In this document: piece after piece, positions 49,933-64,000 of the stretch
Layout: each line of letters begins with the position of its first letter
Numbering within the stretch: position 1 is the stretch's first letter
Source of the DNA: Tubiluchus corallicola
Lineage: Eukaryota; Animalia; Priapulida
Length of the DNA: 64,000 bases
Assembly: GCA_030141605.1 (NCBI GenBank)
Contig: JAQGDQ010000080.1
Coordinates: forward strand, 62,001 to 126,000
Reading direction: 5' to 3'
The notes under the pieces: generated by a model
Database searches by the model: none
Told to the model about the DNA's origin: nothing
The model's input: only the letters and a program-made list of their open reading frames with translations
Position numbers and translations under genes: made by a program

Positions 49933-50184
49933 TAATATAACTTTGTATGGAAGTTTTTTTGGATATACTTGAAAATTTCCTTTTGCTTTTTTACAGAACA
50001 GCGTAAATATATATAAATATAATGTTCAGTAATATAACTTTGTATAGAAAGTTTTTATACATACACTTTAAAATCCCTTTTTTCTTACAGAACAACATAT
50101 AAATATTTATTTATGCTGTTCTGTAGGAAGAAAAGGGAATTGTAAAGTATGTCCAAAAAAATCTTTTATACAAAGTTATATTAC
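49933..50184. mobile_element. Foldback MITE-like repeat with an extra tandem arm
   Basis: Perfect 18 bp terminal inverted repeat gtaatataactttgtata (50029-50046) / tatacaaagttatattac (50167-50184) with arms pairing to a centre near 50104; extra direct copy of the arm at 49933-50008; another partial copy at 45774-45880. Confidence 0.8.
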
Positions 50185-53100
50185 ATTCGTTTATCAGTTA
50201 AAGATATAAACATAAGTTGAAAAGAAAATTCGTAGTAGTTAAAAATATTGGCGCCAAATAGTAAAACGTCACTGGGTCACTATCCCAGTGTACGAAAAAA
50301 CATCAATGGCTCACCTGAAACAACATACTTTTAATCTCTCTGACAATATAAAGCAATTTATACTTGAACTTAGTTAATGTGCACTGCGAATGCTCTGATT
50401 ATTTTTTCCGAACTTCACACAATGTTATCTGAACTTGCTTAAATTTTTTACTCAACGACTAACCGTTAAAACAGCCGCAACTACTTTCTTGTCCTTTAAA
50501 GCAAATCATATCTGAAAAATGTAGTTGCTCCTGGTATACCTAATTCGCATATAATGTTCTTGACAGAAAATTTTGCGCGTAGCATTGCTTTCCATTATTT
50601 TCAGTTATTCATGGAACTAGGTATTCTTTTGAATAACGTATTCCATTTTAAAATCACCGAGTAGACTACATAATTCACCGAATGCCACTCAGCTTAAAAT
50701 TAAATCACATTTTCTTAAAAATGGGAAAAATCGTGCCTCTTAAAACATAATACGCTAAGCATGGGGTGCTGTAATTGTTTTAATTTTAGGAAGAAAGCGA
50801 TTACTTTAGCCACCAGCCATTCTGAGAAGAGGATTAGCGAAATTAAGGTCTTTGCTAATCCCACGTATATTTGTGCTAAGGATAAGCAAACGTACGACTC
50901 TTATTATATCAGAGGTTCCAATCTTACAAAAACAAACACACCTTGTGAAATTCTTGATTTCTTGAGTGAAAAGGAACAACGCTTAAGCCGTCGAGTGTTT
51001 TTCTCTACTTCCTACACCCGTCAGTCACTCACTTTGTGCATGTTTTCTTTCCTAAGCTTTTAAACCAGTTAAGAGGGTTGAATTCTGCGTGCATCTGCGA
51101 CCCTAATGGGGTGTGTGTACCGAAACATTCCATTCGACTTATATACCTTCGCGCAATTAAGTTAACAAGTACATTGATTTCGAAAGCTCTGGTCTCGAAA
51201 TAAAGGAATGGAATCATTTTGCTTTGATATGCGGTGGCCAATCTCGCATAATTTAGTATGGTGACATAGGCTTAAACGGTAACATAGACGGATACAACTT
51301 ATAGGATTTTTACCAATGCTTGTCCCTACGGTAGTACGCGTATTTTTAGACACGGTCCACGGAGCTTACGTATGATTGAATCACCAACAGTAACAATAAA
51401 GTCATGCAGTCATAAATGGCGTAATACAATTATTGCACAACTGAAATCCAATTCAGATCACGAGTCAGATGTATTATTCCATTTGTGCGTTTACAACGTC
51501 GCAAAATGGCAAGCAAACATACAGTCTATGAGATTATAATATACATGTATTTGTATTGATTATAGGTAATAAATAATATTTTCTAGCGTTGGGAAAACAT
51601 ACAATCCGTGAAGCCACATCGAGCAATATATCACTTACATGTATTGAATAAAGGACATTTTACTGGACTATGACTCATGATAAAAAAGATCGACTTTATG
51701 TGGGTAATTAAGCCAATTGTCGGTTAATAACAGGCTTTTCATGGAACTCATATACCTTGCAGCCACGAAATAATGAGTTAACAGTCGGACAGCGCTGGTT
51801 ACATGAGTTAATAAAAATCTGGCTAATCCTGATATTGCCTCATAAGTTGCAATAATTAGTCATCTATCGTACTTGCTTAATTAGCCGTGAAATGAATTCG
51901 CTCTGTCATATTTTGGGCAAAAATAGGCCAACAGAAAAAAGCCTGGATTGACCTTACCTGGATTTGAATTATTTTTAAAAATGATCCAAACAAGAGGATA
52001 CACTTCAACAAACATATACAAATATTAATGCATTTGTTGAAATAGTATCGAAAATATTATTTAATTAAAAGAAAACATTGTTATTTGCTTCCATTTTTAT
52101 TAATCAAGCGTTATTTTTATTGTTTTAAACAGGTAAACGACGAAAGTTCGACGAAAATGTAAAACAGAAACCCCAAAAAAGTGTTAAACTGACAAATGAG
52201 AATTGCCTCTATAAAAGACAGTGTGTATCAATGTGTCAGTTGATGTGTCATTGTGGTAATGTATTTTTGGACTACAGTTTTTTTCTGGTTACCCAATATT
52301 ATAGTGTATTGGTCTGAATTATGTAGAAATATAGTCAATGAACTAACTAACTATCAACAATTTTATCACACCATTGTCTTGTGCAGTGGCTTTTGCTGCA
52401 TAATAATATTCCAATAAACTGTACATGCATCGCTTAACGACGTAAGCGTTAATATATATTCATGTAAGCAGTTACTAATAAAAACCGTATATATTACATT
52501 AGAAAATGCTAATCGCACTTTTCCATAATATTGCAACATGTCGACAACATTGTGAAGCAAATGTGATATTGTAAATGACGCGGTAATAAGTAAGACATAA
52601 AATTTTATGAGTTTGTTGATGAAAAGTGTAACTCTGATAATTCTGTAAGCGTTGTATAATATGAAATATAATATAGCCGAACTGCTCCGATTACCATTGC
52701 TGAGTTATGTGTTTTGCAATATCTTGCAATTACAGACAGGGCTTACTTATGATGTGCCTGTAGCAGAACAGGAACATAGATCAAGAATAAACTTCTGAGA
52801 TATGATACTGAACGGGCATCGACAAGCACATGTTTCCTAGCCACATTCAATATCTTCACTTAATGACAGAAATACGCAAAAGTAGTATTTCAGGTGGAAC
52901 TACCCAAAAGTGATTTTCTAAATTTCTTAGCGGTCACCCTACGATTTACCAACTAGCATTAGCATTGCATAACTAGGGTCATTAAGCCGTAGTTCACTGA
53001 GACTATTCAGCTATTCATCCTGTTGTCATAGATACACTGTTCCTGTATATGTAGCTGATTAGCTGTTTTTTCAGTATCAGAGTGTATAAGTCTATAAGTC

Positions 53101-54577
53101 GCTAGAACTACAAGCAGGATCAGATTGGCGTCTTCAGTTACTTTTTATACGCTTGTGCATGAAGTTGTGATCTTGCTAATAAAATGTGTAACAAATGCGG
53201 ATAAATGAATAATTCATAATATTATTTTGGCTTAAAGATTCTGCTGCCAATTATTGTCTTCTTTCCGCCATGCATAATATTTTGACACTAATGGGTCAAG
53301 AAGGGGAATATCTTTAACTAAGACAGCTTATTCTCCCTGGCACACCAACTGCATCACCCACATTTATGACGACGTCTGTGATCGGAAATACCGTTGTGAC
53401 AAAATGGTTTTTACCGTTATATATCGCGTGAAAGCTGCATGTAGCTGGTGTGTAATAAAGACGAATGTTTATACATTAAGTAGTGGGAAAACTACCATGT
53501 TTTCAAAACACGGTTATAACTACCGAGAGAATACCACTGCTTTCAACATCTTACACACAATGAATGTTAGCCTAGATGAGCGCTTTGAGTTGAAAGTACA
53601 TCGACTGGAAAAAAGTAGTGCAACGCCAAGAAAATTATTGTTTACTTTTTGACGCAGATGTAGCCAATGATAATCATAACAGCATCAAGCCATGGCAGAG
53701 TTTTGAAGACTGCGCTACACTTGTGATGAGGTTTCCATATGTTTACTAAAAGCACGTTTTTCATGGCGGCACAGGTGTATATTGCAGCGCGCTCATCCAG
53801 TGATGCGCGAAAGACAATAACAGAAAGGATAAAAGACCGCAAGGTCACGTTGGACATTTTAACAAGTTACCACACATCAGATTGCGAGGTGATGTCCACT
53901 TCGTATGAATTTACACTACTAATCATTACAACTGAATTGGTACAAGCTACGCTATCAATAATATTTAAAATCGCTACGATATTTACAAAAGTGTGTTCGC
54001 TTTATTGTACAATGTTAAAGACTGAATAATACGTGGACAAACGTGCGCACTTGAGCTGTATATACAGCATCAGACGCTCGTCGTTGCAGTACATTTTTAC
54101 TGTTAATGACTTAATGTAAGCTATTGAATTTTGGGAAAATGAAATGGATGAACTCGGCGACTTAACCGCGCTTAACTAATCAAGAGAGTTGAGTCAATTC
54201 ATACATTTTCAAAATTAGTGTGAGGCAGTACTGATTTCTTCATCAGTACATTTTATCCAGTTTATTTAGCGTAACTGTATAACACAAAACTGCCTTAGCT
54301 GTGCCAAAAGGTGTGTAGTGATTTATGTACAAGTACTGTCATTCTATCACACCATGTTGTCAAATTAAAAAAAAACTTCCTGTACATCCACATCAATTTG
54401 CCTGGTTTTCCACACAAACTAGAGATACTGCAGAAGAGAAACACAGTTGGTCCAACGAATACTTTAAAACTACCACAAAGATATATTTTCAGAATTGACA
54501 ATTTTTTTTATTTTAAAAATGAAGCTAAATTTCTGTGGAAAAGTAGCTACGTAGTTAAGTTTACAATTGGATACAGA

Positions 54578-54865
54578 AGAACTGGAAGGTTAATTTTTAA
54601 TATAAAAAAACTTTAAACGTGTCCGAGTTGCAATGTGCGAGGGTGTAAAACTTTGCAACAAAACTTTGTTATACGTGATTCTTCAAAAAATTTCAAAAAA
54701 ATAAATCTGCGCCAGTTGACCTTAACATTTACAGACTCCGAGCTTGAACCATGGCCTATAATTGTACGAAGTATCAACTTTTTATATTACTCCAGGGCCA
54801 AGAAAAAGTGGCAACTGACGGACGGACAGACGGAATTGATAATTCCATATTCTATCGTTGGGGTA
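54578..54865 (+). mobile_element. Degenerate HINE-like remnant
   Basis: aactggaa start, ttgaccttaac core, gacggacggacagacgga microsatellite; layout resembles 44218-44665. Confidence 0.4.
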
Positions 54866-57800
54866 ACTGTAATCCCATGATTACCAAAATGAGCTGAACA
54901 TGGAATTTGCATCAGCTTGTCCCTGTTGTGCATTTTGCCTGTTTACTCATCTGAATATTTAGCTAATGACATAGAGGCCGTTACTAAATACCATGAAATT
55001 AGCGCCACTATTTTCAGAGAGAGCGACGAATACATACTGGAAACAAGATACTCAAAATGAAAAAGTTCAAGTTGTTCTTTAGCGAAACGATTTGTTTTGC
55101 TTCACCTACTTAAGTTAACTTTCAAAGAGGATAACGTAAAACTTCATTTGTGAGATTCAGTGTTTAAAGTCAGTACTTTGGTACTGATTTTCTTAGAATG
55201 TGCACGTTGATTCCTCAACTGTGCACGTTGAAAACTCAATTGAGTAATTAAACAACTTTGTAGAAAACTCATTTTCTAGCCAACGTGGGTATATCTTCAC
55301 GCCCCAAGGCGCTCAGTATTTGGGTTTGGCGACACGAGACGTTAAGAACGTTTGTTATTAAAATCCAAGTATAATTTTTACTTTATTAGTAGGAATCAGT
55401 TAAGTATATAAAGGCACGGAGACTTTTGTAAATGAAAATTGTGTCTTTTGTATGAAAACAACTAACATACTTTAATTACTCAGTAAGTGACCTAAGGATC
55501 ATTATAAAATCCTTTGCAGGAGTGAAAAAAATCCGATGCATTTGACAGGTGGATGCGTTTACAGACACGTGTGGTATGGTCAGACCGACCCTTCCAAATG
55601 AATCGCACCGATCAAATTTTATGCTTCCCTTCCAAGAGTGAAGAGATCTCTAACTTAGAAACGTGAAAATCTTTAAAATAAATGCAAATTCATTTTCTAA
55701 GTTGTAATAGTAAGTTACGAAGCTGGATTGAAAATACTGATGCTGTGTTAAAGCCTTTATGTCCATAAAAATCTACCAAACCATAATGAGCTCAGTTTTT
55801 AATATATAAGCAATATATCACGTTAATGAATTGACGATGAATACAGCCAGCAAGGGGGAACTGCAATCTTTCACTAAATACTGCACCAGGGAGAGCAATC
55901 CATAATCTTGGAAAGTTTGCTGATTTAGCGTACACCACATAGCCACAAGTATGAAGAAAACGATGGTTTTAAAAAAATTATATTCTTGAAGATATCTCGA
56001 TACAGAAACATCTTATGAGATGAGCATGCAGGTAGACTGCTGTTTACTTTGGCTATTGCCGAAAATGTCACAGCGGATGAAAAAGATAATATGCCAATGA
56101 TTAAAGTTGCCACATATGGTATTTTTTAAGAAAGGGAAACAGCCAAATTGGCACCAGCTATATCAGAAGATCACAAAGGTCAAAGAGCCCACGTGGCACC
56201 GAATCCCACAGGATGGTAATTCCAAAGTGGGCACATTCCCGAACCTCTCCCGGTGATCATTTGTCCCGCCCTGACACATGAAGTTAATAAGGACAGTGTG
56301 CCTATATATGTTGGCCAGACTCCTTTTTACAGCAGAATCACGAAAAAATACAGTTTAGAAGTTTAAATGATTATTTCGAGCATTCAAATTGATTTAAATA
56401 CTGTTTACAGTTGTCAGGTATTCCAAATTATTATCTGATACAAAATTATACAATGGATTTGTGGACAAACACACAAGTCTGAAGTATTGCAAAGCTGTAT
56501 TGTATCAGAGTATTAGCAAACTTTATGATTAATACTCGGGAAAACATAAAGTCTTACGAATTTTAGAGTGAGTGATGTGAGGCAGCATGATGAGACAAAC
56601 GTCGGCAACACGTTGTTACAAATTGAAAAGAAAATGAAGAATTTTTCTGCACAGATGTACCCGAAAATGTTTTTGAAGGTTCTGCAGCAAATTCTACTGA
56701 AAAAAAATTTGAAAAATAATTTTGAACGTGATGCGGAATTTGCATAAAATGTTTGCGCTAATCCGATTACCTCTTTTTTCATTGAAGGGTTTCACTTTTA
56801 CACTCATTTTGTAAGTTAATAGTTTTCTTTTGAAGCAGAATGCGTTGTACATGTTTCTGCAAACGCATCCACCTACCTTTAGGACAACGGATCTAATGGA
56901 AAAGCTTTTCAAAAATGACTCGCTAGAAGTTCAAACAACGCAGAGCTGTTATGGTAAGGTGTGTTGTGGATAAACGAGTAATTAAATCAGGCTTTTGCGT
57001 TGCTCCTGCCACTCTGTAAAAGCAGCAAAGCGAGCAGAGATGTTGTTACTAATTACATTTAGCGTTTGATGTGTTGCTCACAGACGGCACACCACAGTAA
57101 AGTGCAGCACAAAACATTGTATTTTAGTGAGTAATTGGCACGCCAAACATCCAATTTGCTGAAGAATTTCAGATAAATTTTTGCAAAATCTGTTTCCATA
57201 GCTAACTTATACAGCCCGAAGTTATAATCAGGTCAATTTATGAAGTGTTACTATGTTCGAGTTCCATGAGCGTAGCTCCGATTTTGGCTTGTTACATTGT
57301 TTTAACACTGAACAAAATGGGAAACTTGAAACCAGTTTTACAGGAAATGAATACTTGTGATTCAAAGTTAGGTCTGACGATATCACAGAGCAAATACAGC
57401 CAAATGTAATTATAAAAAATCGGCCGAATCAGCCGATTCAGTGTCTCGTCTTAAGGGATTACTCTTGAGCTAGATTCTTGTCTCGCCACAGCTATCCATA
57501 GTACATAAAAGACATTAAAAATTTAGACTGAGACAGCTTTTGCTGCTTTTACTCTATATGTTTCTTTTTCATGGAATTGGTAACCCGTTCGCGGGTTGAT
57601 TGAAACACGAATCCTTTTTTAAAATCAAAATCGGAAGTTTTCTGCTGTTTTCCTTAAGATTAATCAGTGTCATTAATTCTGATCTGCAGGTTTAATAACC
57701 TGGCTTTACGTAAGCCACGAAAAAGCTCTTTCGTTGAATGCATTTAGTCATTTTTCGCCAATAACCAAATTTCCTTACGCTGTCTATACAAATCATTAGC

Positions 57801-60800
57801 ACGAACCCTTAATTTTGACGAACTCAGCAAATTTTCTGCTTCTACAAAAATGAGACGTTGGATGTTGTGCTCCAGCGGCATACGCGCATCTAACAGAAAG
57901 GCCGTAAAGAATTTGTGAATGATTGCAACAAAACCCAGTGTGTTGTACGCTCTTTCAATCAAGAACATGTGCAAAACATGTGCAAGGGGGCATTTGGGTT
58001 AGCCGCTGGAGGCTCAGCGTGCAACTCATTTCACTGGCAGCCAAAATAAGATTGAACATGATTATGTAGATGGACGCGTTCATTTCTCTAGGCAGTAACC
58101 CGCTGCACGTGTGTAAATCTGACGTACACATGGGGAAAGGGTGCTGGTTGACCTGAGTGGCACACTTGACTATATCATAACACACCTCGCTTTCGCAGTC
58201 TTTCGTAATTTTTATTTACACCAGTTTGGCTCGGTACCGCACGGTGGCTTGTATGTTCAATAGTTTCAAAGCTCATCAATATTTTTAACACTATTTCTAA
58301 TCTGTTACTAAAACCCCATATGTAACATTATTGCAATTTCTAAATTGTGGTTATTTGGCGTTCTGTGTGGCAAAACTAGTTTAGCGTAAGAATCATTATT
58401 ATAAAGAAGCAGAAATCAGACAAATCACTCCGTTTACGACTTCATGATCCACTATTGTCTAATGAATTGCACCTCGAAATCTGAGGCAGTTGATGATCTA
58501 ATTTGCTTAATTCTTGAAGCTGACACATTTTTTTATATTATGAATAAGATATGTCTACAATAGAGTGCATACTATAGAAACGGATCAAGTTCAATTAGAT
58601 GTACTAATTTTTAAACTGGAAGACCAACTGCACAGGCGCATACCTTTTACGATGCAATGTAATATGAATGTATACAAAGTCGTGAAACATGTGCTTACTA
58701 CGGCTTATTTTAGTGCAAAAATAGTACGGAATGCAGTTCCAACAATGGTAATGACTGCAATTATTTAGCCTTGTGATGGTGTTTTAGCTCACTGCATGTT
58801 GGGTATTATGGCAGAAAACTAAAGTATTTTCCAATATACGCCTATAAAAATCCTACCCAGCAACCGTGCATTAACCGTTTTCAATTTGTCATTGAATAAT
58901 ATTTACAATCGAACTAAGTATACCTTTTCAAGCTCAACAATGTAAAGCAAAAAAGTTAGTTGTTCTCAGCGAAAAATCCGAAGTGTAAACTACATACATA
59001 TAAAAGTGCACATCAAAAATCAAAAGTACATAACAAAAATCTAAAATGCACAACAATCAAACGGTTAGCAAAAAATTAAAAGTGCACGGCTATTGGCTTT
59101 GAGGTGACCGCATACATAAAACAATTGCTCAATTATTTTAGTCACCAAGAGATTCTTGGCATCACACTGTCAAATTAAACCTAAATTTCTAAATTTAGCC
59201 AATTCTAAATTTCTGAGCAATTTAATATTTTTGTTAACGAAAGTCTGGATGTATAAGTGCAACCCGGACTGCCACAGTGTTGAACTACTCTGTTGCACCA
59301 GGTTTTGACTTCACATAAAGCTCAGCAGAATATTGTTCTTAACAACAGTTTGCAAAACACTATATACATATATTAAAACTGTAGTGCAAGTGCAATCTTG
59401 ATTTTCTGTCGCATTCTTTTAGTCATTGCACTTTTTTATTTTTAGTTGAGAACAATGGATATATTTCTCTACACTATATGGGAATAATTAAAAACGCAAA
59501 TTTTTTTACTGCCCAAAAGTCATGTTTTCAAACAATGTTATACCATGTAACTTCAATATAATGTTGGCTTTTTCTCTTAGAAAAAAGAGTAAGTAAAACG
59601 CTTTTTGTCTTGCAAATTATATAAGGCAACAAGCAAAGGCAAGTTGCAGAAAGAATACATTTTAAGCGCAACGTAAATGGGCAATGAAACCTCACAATCG
59701 CACAGATTTCTATTTTGCTAAACACGAACAGGTGTCTGATGAAAGATTTTAGTGATAATCAGTTTAAGTAACAAACAAAGGCTGAACTGAGGCTGTAAGA
59801 GTGTGGGCATATCATCACCATCATCATTACGCATTCATGGCAGCAATGATGTAATAAGCTAAACGAACTGATTCAGAATAATCACATGATGGATATGCAG
59901 ATTGGACAATAATTATTAGCGCTAAACAAGAAAGATATCATAATGCTAATGATTATAATAGTAATGATTAAACAGAAAGAGATGAATGTGTACCGGTGAC
60001 AATAGCTATTAGCTGGAGCATTTATTTGTTGTGCCATGAGCGGCACATATGGCAAATGTTAAGAAAACGAAGAATGCTTGGAATATGACGTAAGGACGTA
60101 ACCAAACCTAAAGTGCCTAAAATATGCTTTTAAAATTTATTGGTCTTTTCACACAGAAAATTCTTACTTTCGTTAACAACTGACGGGTTGAGTATAGACG
60201 TCCTACAAAACTTTACTATATTAACAAGCATACTTGTGCTCTGGGTTCTTTGTGTCTATAGATTTGAGGAATAGTGACAGACATTGGCAGAAAAGCAGCC
60301 CCAGGTTATAGTTTTAAAAAGCATATTTTTCTGCACGTCTAACTATATTACTGGAACGAACTTCACACAACTTTTTTACACTCGAAATCAACGTGTTACA
60401 GACATTTTACAAAAATACAAATTTTACAACTAGTCTAACTGTTTTAAAAGAAGCCAATCAAGGAAATCGCGAAAAAAAACTCTTCATAAGTTGTTAACGA
60501 CAGTAAAATGATGTTTGTTAAGTCAGTGAGTTTAGTTTTGTAGACCACCTTCAATGTACATATCGTGGTTTACTGCTTTTCTCAGTTTCATGTAACATAT
60601 CGTCGAAGGGGTGGGTGGGGTAGTTTACCCAATGCACTCATTAATCATGTAAATTGTGAATATAATGTGCCGCCTTAATTGCAACACATAGTATTTGCAA
60701 CAGCATACTGCAAAGAAAAGCTTTGTAATATAAGGGTTCGTTATGCTAGAAGTTCACACCAAATAAGGCATTATAAATGTCTCATTAAGTCACGTTTTTG

Positions 60801-63800
60801 AAATGAAATTAAGTCTGTTGTTTTCAGGTATGTGTGCAAATGAGCGGTTGCAATTTGACTCTTTGCTAACGGCAATAATTATTAGAGAGATTGCGATAAT
60901 GAGCAATTAAGACATTTTACGCAAAAATTATCATTATAAAAGATATCGTCTGAATCTCAAATATATGAAAACAACGCGTACTAAATCACTGATTCTGAAA
61001 AATTAGCGTAATTTTTGTTGGTATTAATGCATTAAGCCCAGAAAGCTGTAATCATATATCACACTGGCGTTTCAACAACATTCGCTCATTTTAAGCTTGC
61101 CAGCTTATAGTTTTATAAGCGGATTTCATTATTTTTAGCTCTGTGCAGCACTGCACAGCGTTTATAATCTGAACATATATCGCATAAAGGCGTACATATC
61201 TTATATACGGGCTTTAAGCTTATTTCCACCCAAAAATCATTTTATTTTTCATTTTGCCAACAGCCACTGCTTAGTCATAAAGCTATGGAATACACAAGAG
61301 AGGCCTAATGCACTCTAAACCTCTTTTCTTGCTTATTAGTATTTTAATCTTCTTACTCGTCAGGTACGTATCTGTAACCCCTTCACGTGGCAACAACAGC
61401 TACATCTAATCAAACAAGGTTCTTATGATTAAGAGTGGGGAGGTACAGAATTCACTCATGCTACACAATGAAAAGTACCTATATGCGTTTTTAGGAGACC
61501 TTAATTTAATTTCCATACTACAACTCCCATGTAAATCAGTGCAGCCGGTTCAACAAATTTCAAACTTAGGTAAACGAAGTGTGGCTATTTTTAAACTGTA
61601 GAATTTCATATATTGAATGTCCATAATTACCCTATCATTTGGTATAACTATAACTTTTCGAAATTAGTGCTAGATTTAGATTACGTTTTAGCATTTTATT
61701 ATACAGTCCAATTAAAAGAAATTTCATTATTTTAAAAAGTAGTTTTTGCTCATTCCCCTAACAGTGATTTCAGTTCAACAAACTCTATGGGGTTCAGCCC
61801 AGTTGGCTAGTTTAGGTAGACAATTTAGGTACTGTTAAATAAAGATTTGAAATTGATTCCGTTTAAACGGATTTACTCATTTTTTTAAATTGCAGTCCTG
61901 CTGACTTTTTTTCTAGAGTTAAAACGTCTGATACATTTACTTCTATACATTATATATATATCTGAAATAGACACATAACTAACACTCTGTTACTTTGCGT
62001 GTACACAAATACGTACACTGTATACGCATAGTTTATATGGCTATATATATTGTGGCATATAAATACATAATATGTATGTCTAGGAGAATAAATTGCTTAT
62101 ATATTTATTCTGTAACATATTGACATGTAGCACAAGATACGTATCAAAATACTTCTGCCCCAAATCATTACTCACGCGTTGAATAATCCTAATTAGGCTT
62201 TTTATAGATTTCTCTGAATCTACTTTGTTATACACCCAAGACGAACTTACGCGTGATTCTGAATGGGCAGCACACAAATAATTTGTTATACATACCTTAT
62301 TGATCGAACGACTTCGCGCGCTCATTATAACAAACGTGGCTGATTTACCTTAATTAACATCGATTAACTTCCTACATCATAATCACAGGGAAATAACTGA
62401 TCCAAACTAGGTAGGCTTCTTTTACAGTGCGCTAAATGGCGAGAGAAAGGAAAAGAGGAAATACTGTAGCAATTCCAGGTAGACAGCGAAGCACTAATAC
62501 TACTAAAATAACAATAAGAAAATAATTCACATATGTAACTATGTTTTAACGGTCATTGGTGATAATGACAATCGATTATACTAAGGCGATTCATTATCAT
62601 CTCTTGACTTGAGATCGTTATTCATGTAATGCTGGACCGACGGTTTATTTCTAGGGCTGTACACACACGATAGTTAGGTCGCAGGTGGCCGATAGCGAAC
62701 ACATGATTACTTTGCAGAATTTACCTCATCAATACATATCAGCACAATCGGCGGTTGAGTCCTCATGGTTGCGTTCCATGCTCTGCATATAAATGTAATA
62801 TGGAGGATGGGTGTGTGGTGTTAACTTGTCATAGTAATTATCATGATAATAAAAGTATTGTTATCTGGTATGACGCATTTATGGCTTTCATTATCAGAAC
62901 AATCAAATGATAAGCGAAAAAGCAGAAGGGAAAGAGGTGCAAAGTGCAGCCAAGAAGGGAAATTATGCGTATTCTTATCGAAGCCATCGAAAGAGGCGGT
63001 TTATACGATTCAATTTTTAAATACCTCGTATGTACAAACATTACTTGCAAAATACACTGCTGCAAAACTTGCGAAAAACATTACCAGCGGCGATTCAAAA
63101 ATAAATGCTACAGGCTACTCCAATAAAAAATTAAGGGACTGTGACCATTATCAAGCGATACGACGTATAATAGTTAAATCTTGCAGAGACGAGGTGATTT
63201 AAAATTAGGTCCTACACCAGTTTTTCGGATGCGCCTCTATAAATTCCGAAAAATCTCACGTTTGGATCAACAAGGTATAACCTCACCTGCAATGTGCGGA
63301 ATGAAGTCATTAAAATAACAATCTGATAAGGGAAACCAATGATGTGTACGTAAACAGATAACTGATGAGTCATTGAAGAGAAATTAACATAATTTTTTGC
63401 CAAACGCATTTTATATTCACTGCATGCTACGGCTTTGCGGTGGTCCATTAGCTTTAAACAAATGGTCGTGTTGCAGCCAACTGACAGCCACCGAGTGATA
63501 GTGGCCAGGCTTATAGAGAGTTAATCAGCAAACTGGGGCACTGATTTGGCTGCTAACAAATCAATAAAATCATGTCAAGCTAAACAAAACATTTGCTTCG
63601 AATGCACGTCAATTTGTTCGTGCCATAAGCATAACATTCAGAAATTAAAAGCGACGGTTGCTATAACACGATTGCGACGAAATGCACGACAGAGTTATAC
63701 ACCACTGTAAATACAAGTGCTACTCACTATAAGGAGAAAGAAATGCTGCGTTAAACACTGGTTATTACGAAGTTTTAAACAGGGAGTTGCCACAAGGGCT

Positions 63801-64000
63801 TCAGGCCAGGACAGAATTAGGCAGTAGAAAAGTTCTGAATCTGCAGCATATCTGAATATTTAATATTTTTATTAAAACGATGTTTTCTGTGCTGTGGAGG
63901 GGAATTACGTATCCTACATGTAGCAGCTATAAAAAATTAACATGTATGACAAATAAAGTGGACAGAGAAGTCAAATAACTTATATGAATACTAATGGACA

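Noticed and set aside
52366-52560. Minus-strand ORF containing TVYWN, resembling the ephrin N-terminal VYWNSSNP
   Set aside because: Continues IIMQQ rather than S/T-S/T-N-P, has no phase-2 donor after it and no signal peptide; likely chance
62843-63202. 119-aa plus-strand ORF, and other 90-130 aa ORFs at 39846, 49333, 50761 and 54311
   Set aside because: No recognisable domain or splice structure; lengths are expected by chance in 64 kb

Overview
AT-rich eukaryotic genomic DNA from an invertebrate animal; the repeat types and protein motifs suggest a lophotrochozoan such as a mollusc or annelid, but that is inference. The window holds two convergent spliced genes. (1) On the + strand, a complete p160/SRC/Taiman nuclear receptor coactivator (NCOA): 22 coding exons traced by hand from ATG 6718 to TGA 23374, all intron phases consistent, 4740 nt, about 1579 aa (bHLH, PAS-A, PAS-B, LxxLL boxes, Q/P-rich tail, C-terminal LLQKLL), followed by a 3' UTR of about 3.5 kb. 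(2) On the - strand, an ephrin: 5 coding exons from 35010 down to 28400 ending in a GPI-type hydrophobic tail. Its signal-peptide exon was not found, so 35011-64000 is probably a long first intron carrying MITE-like, Helentron-like and LINE relics. The most notable unexplained items are a decayed intronless trypsin-like serine protease copy lying antisense in the last ephrin intron, a frame-preserving candidate cassette exon that would break an LxxLL box split across an NCOA intron, a duplicated ephrin acceptor that could give an alternative terminal exon, a GC-AG intron, a degenerate bHLH basic region and several AG|GT recursive-splice-like sites. Exon boundaries were read by eye without transcript data. 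Most short ORFs in the supplied track are spurious. No prokaryote-type system (CRISPR, operon) is present.
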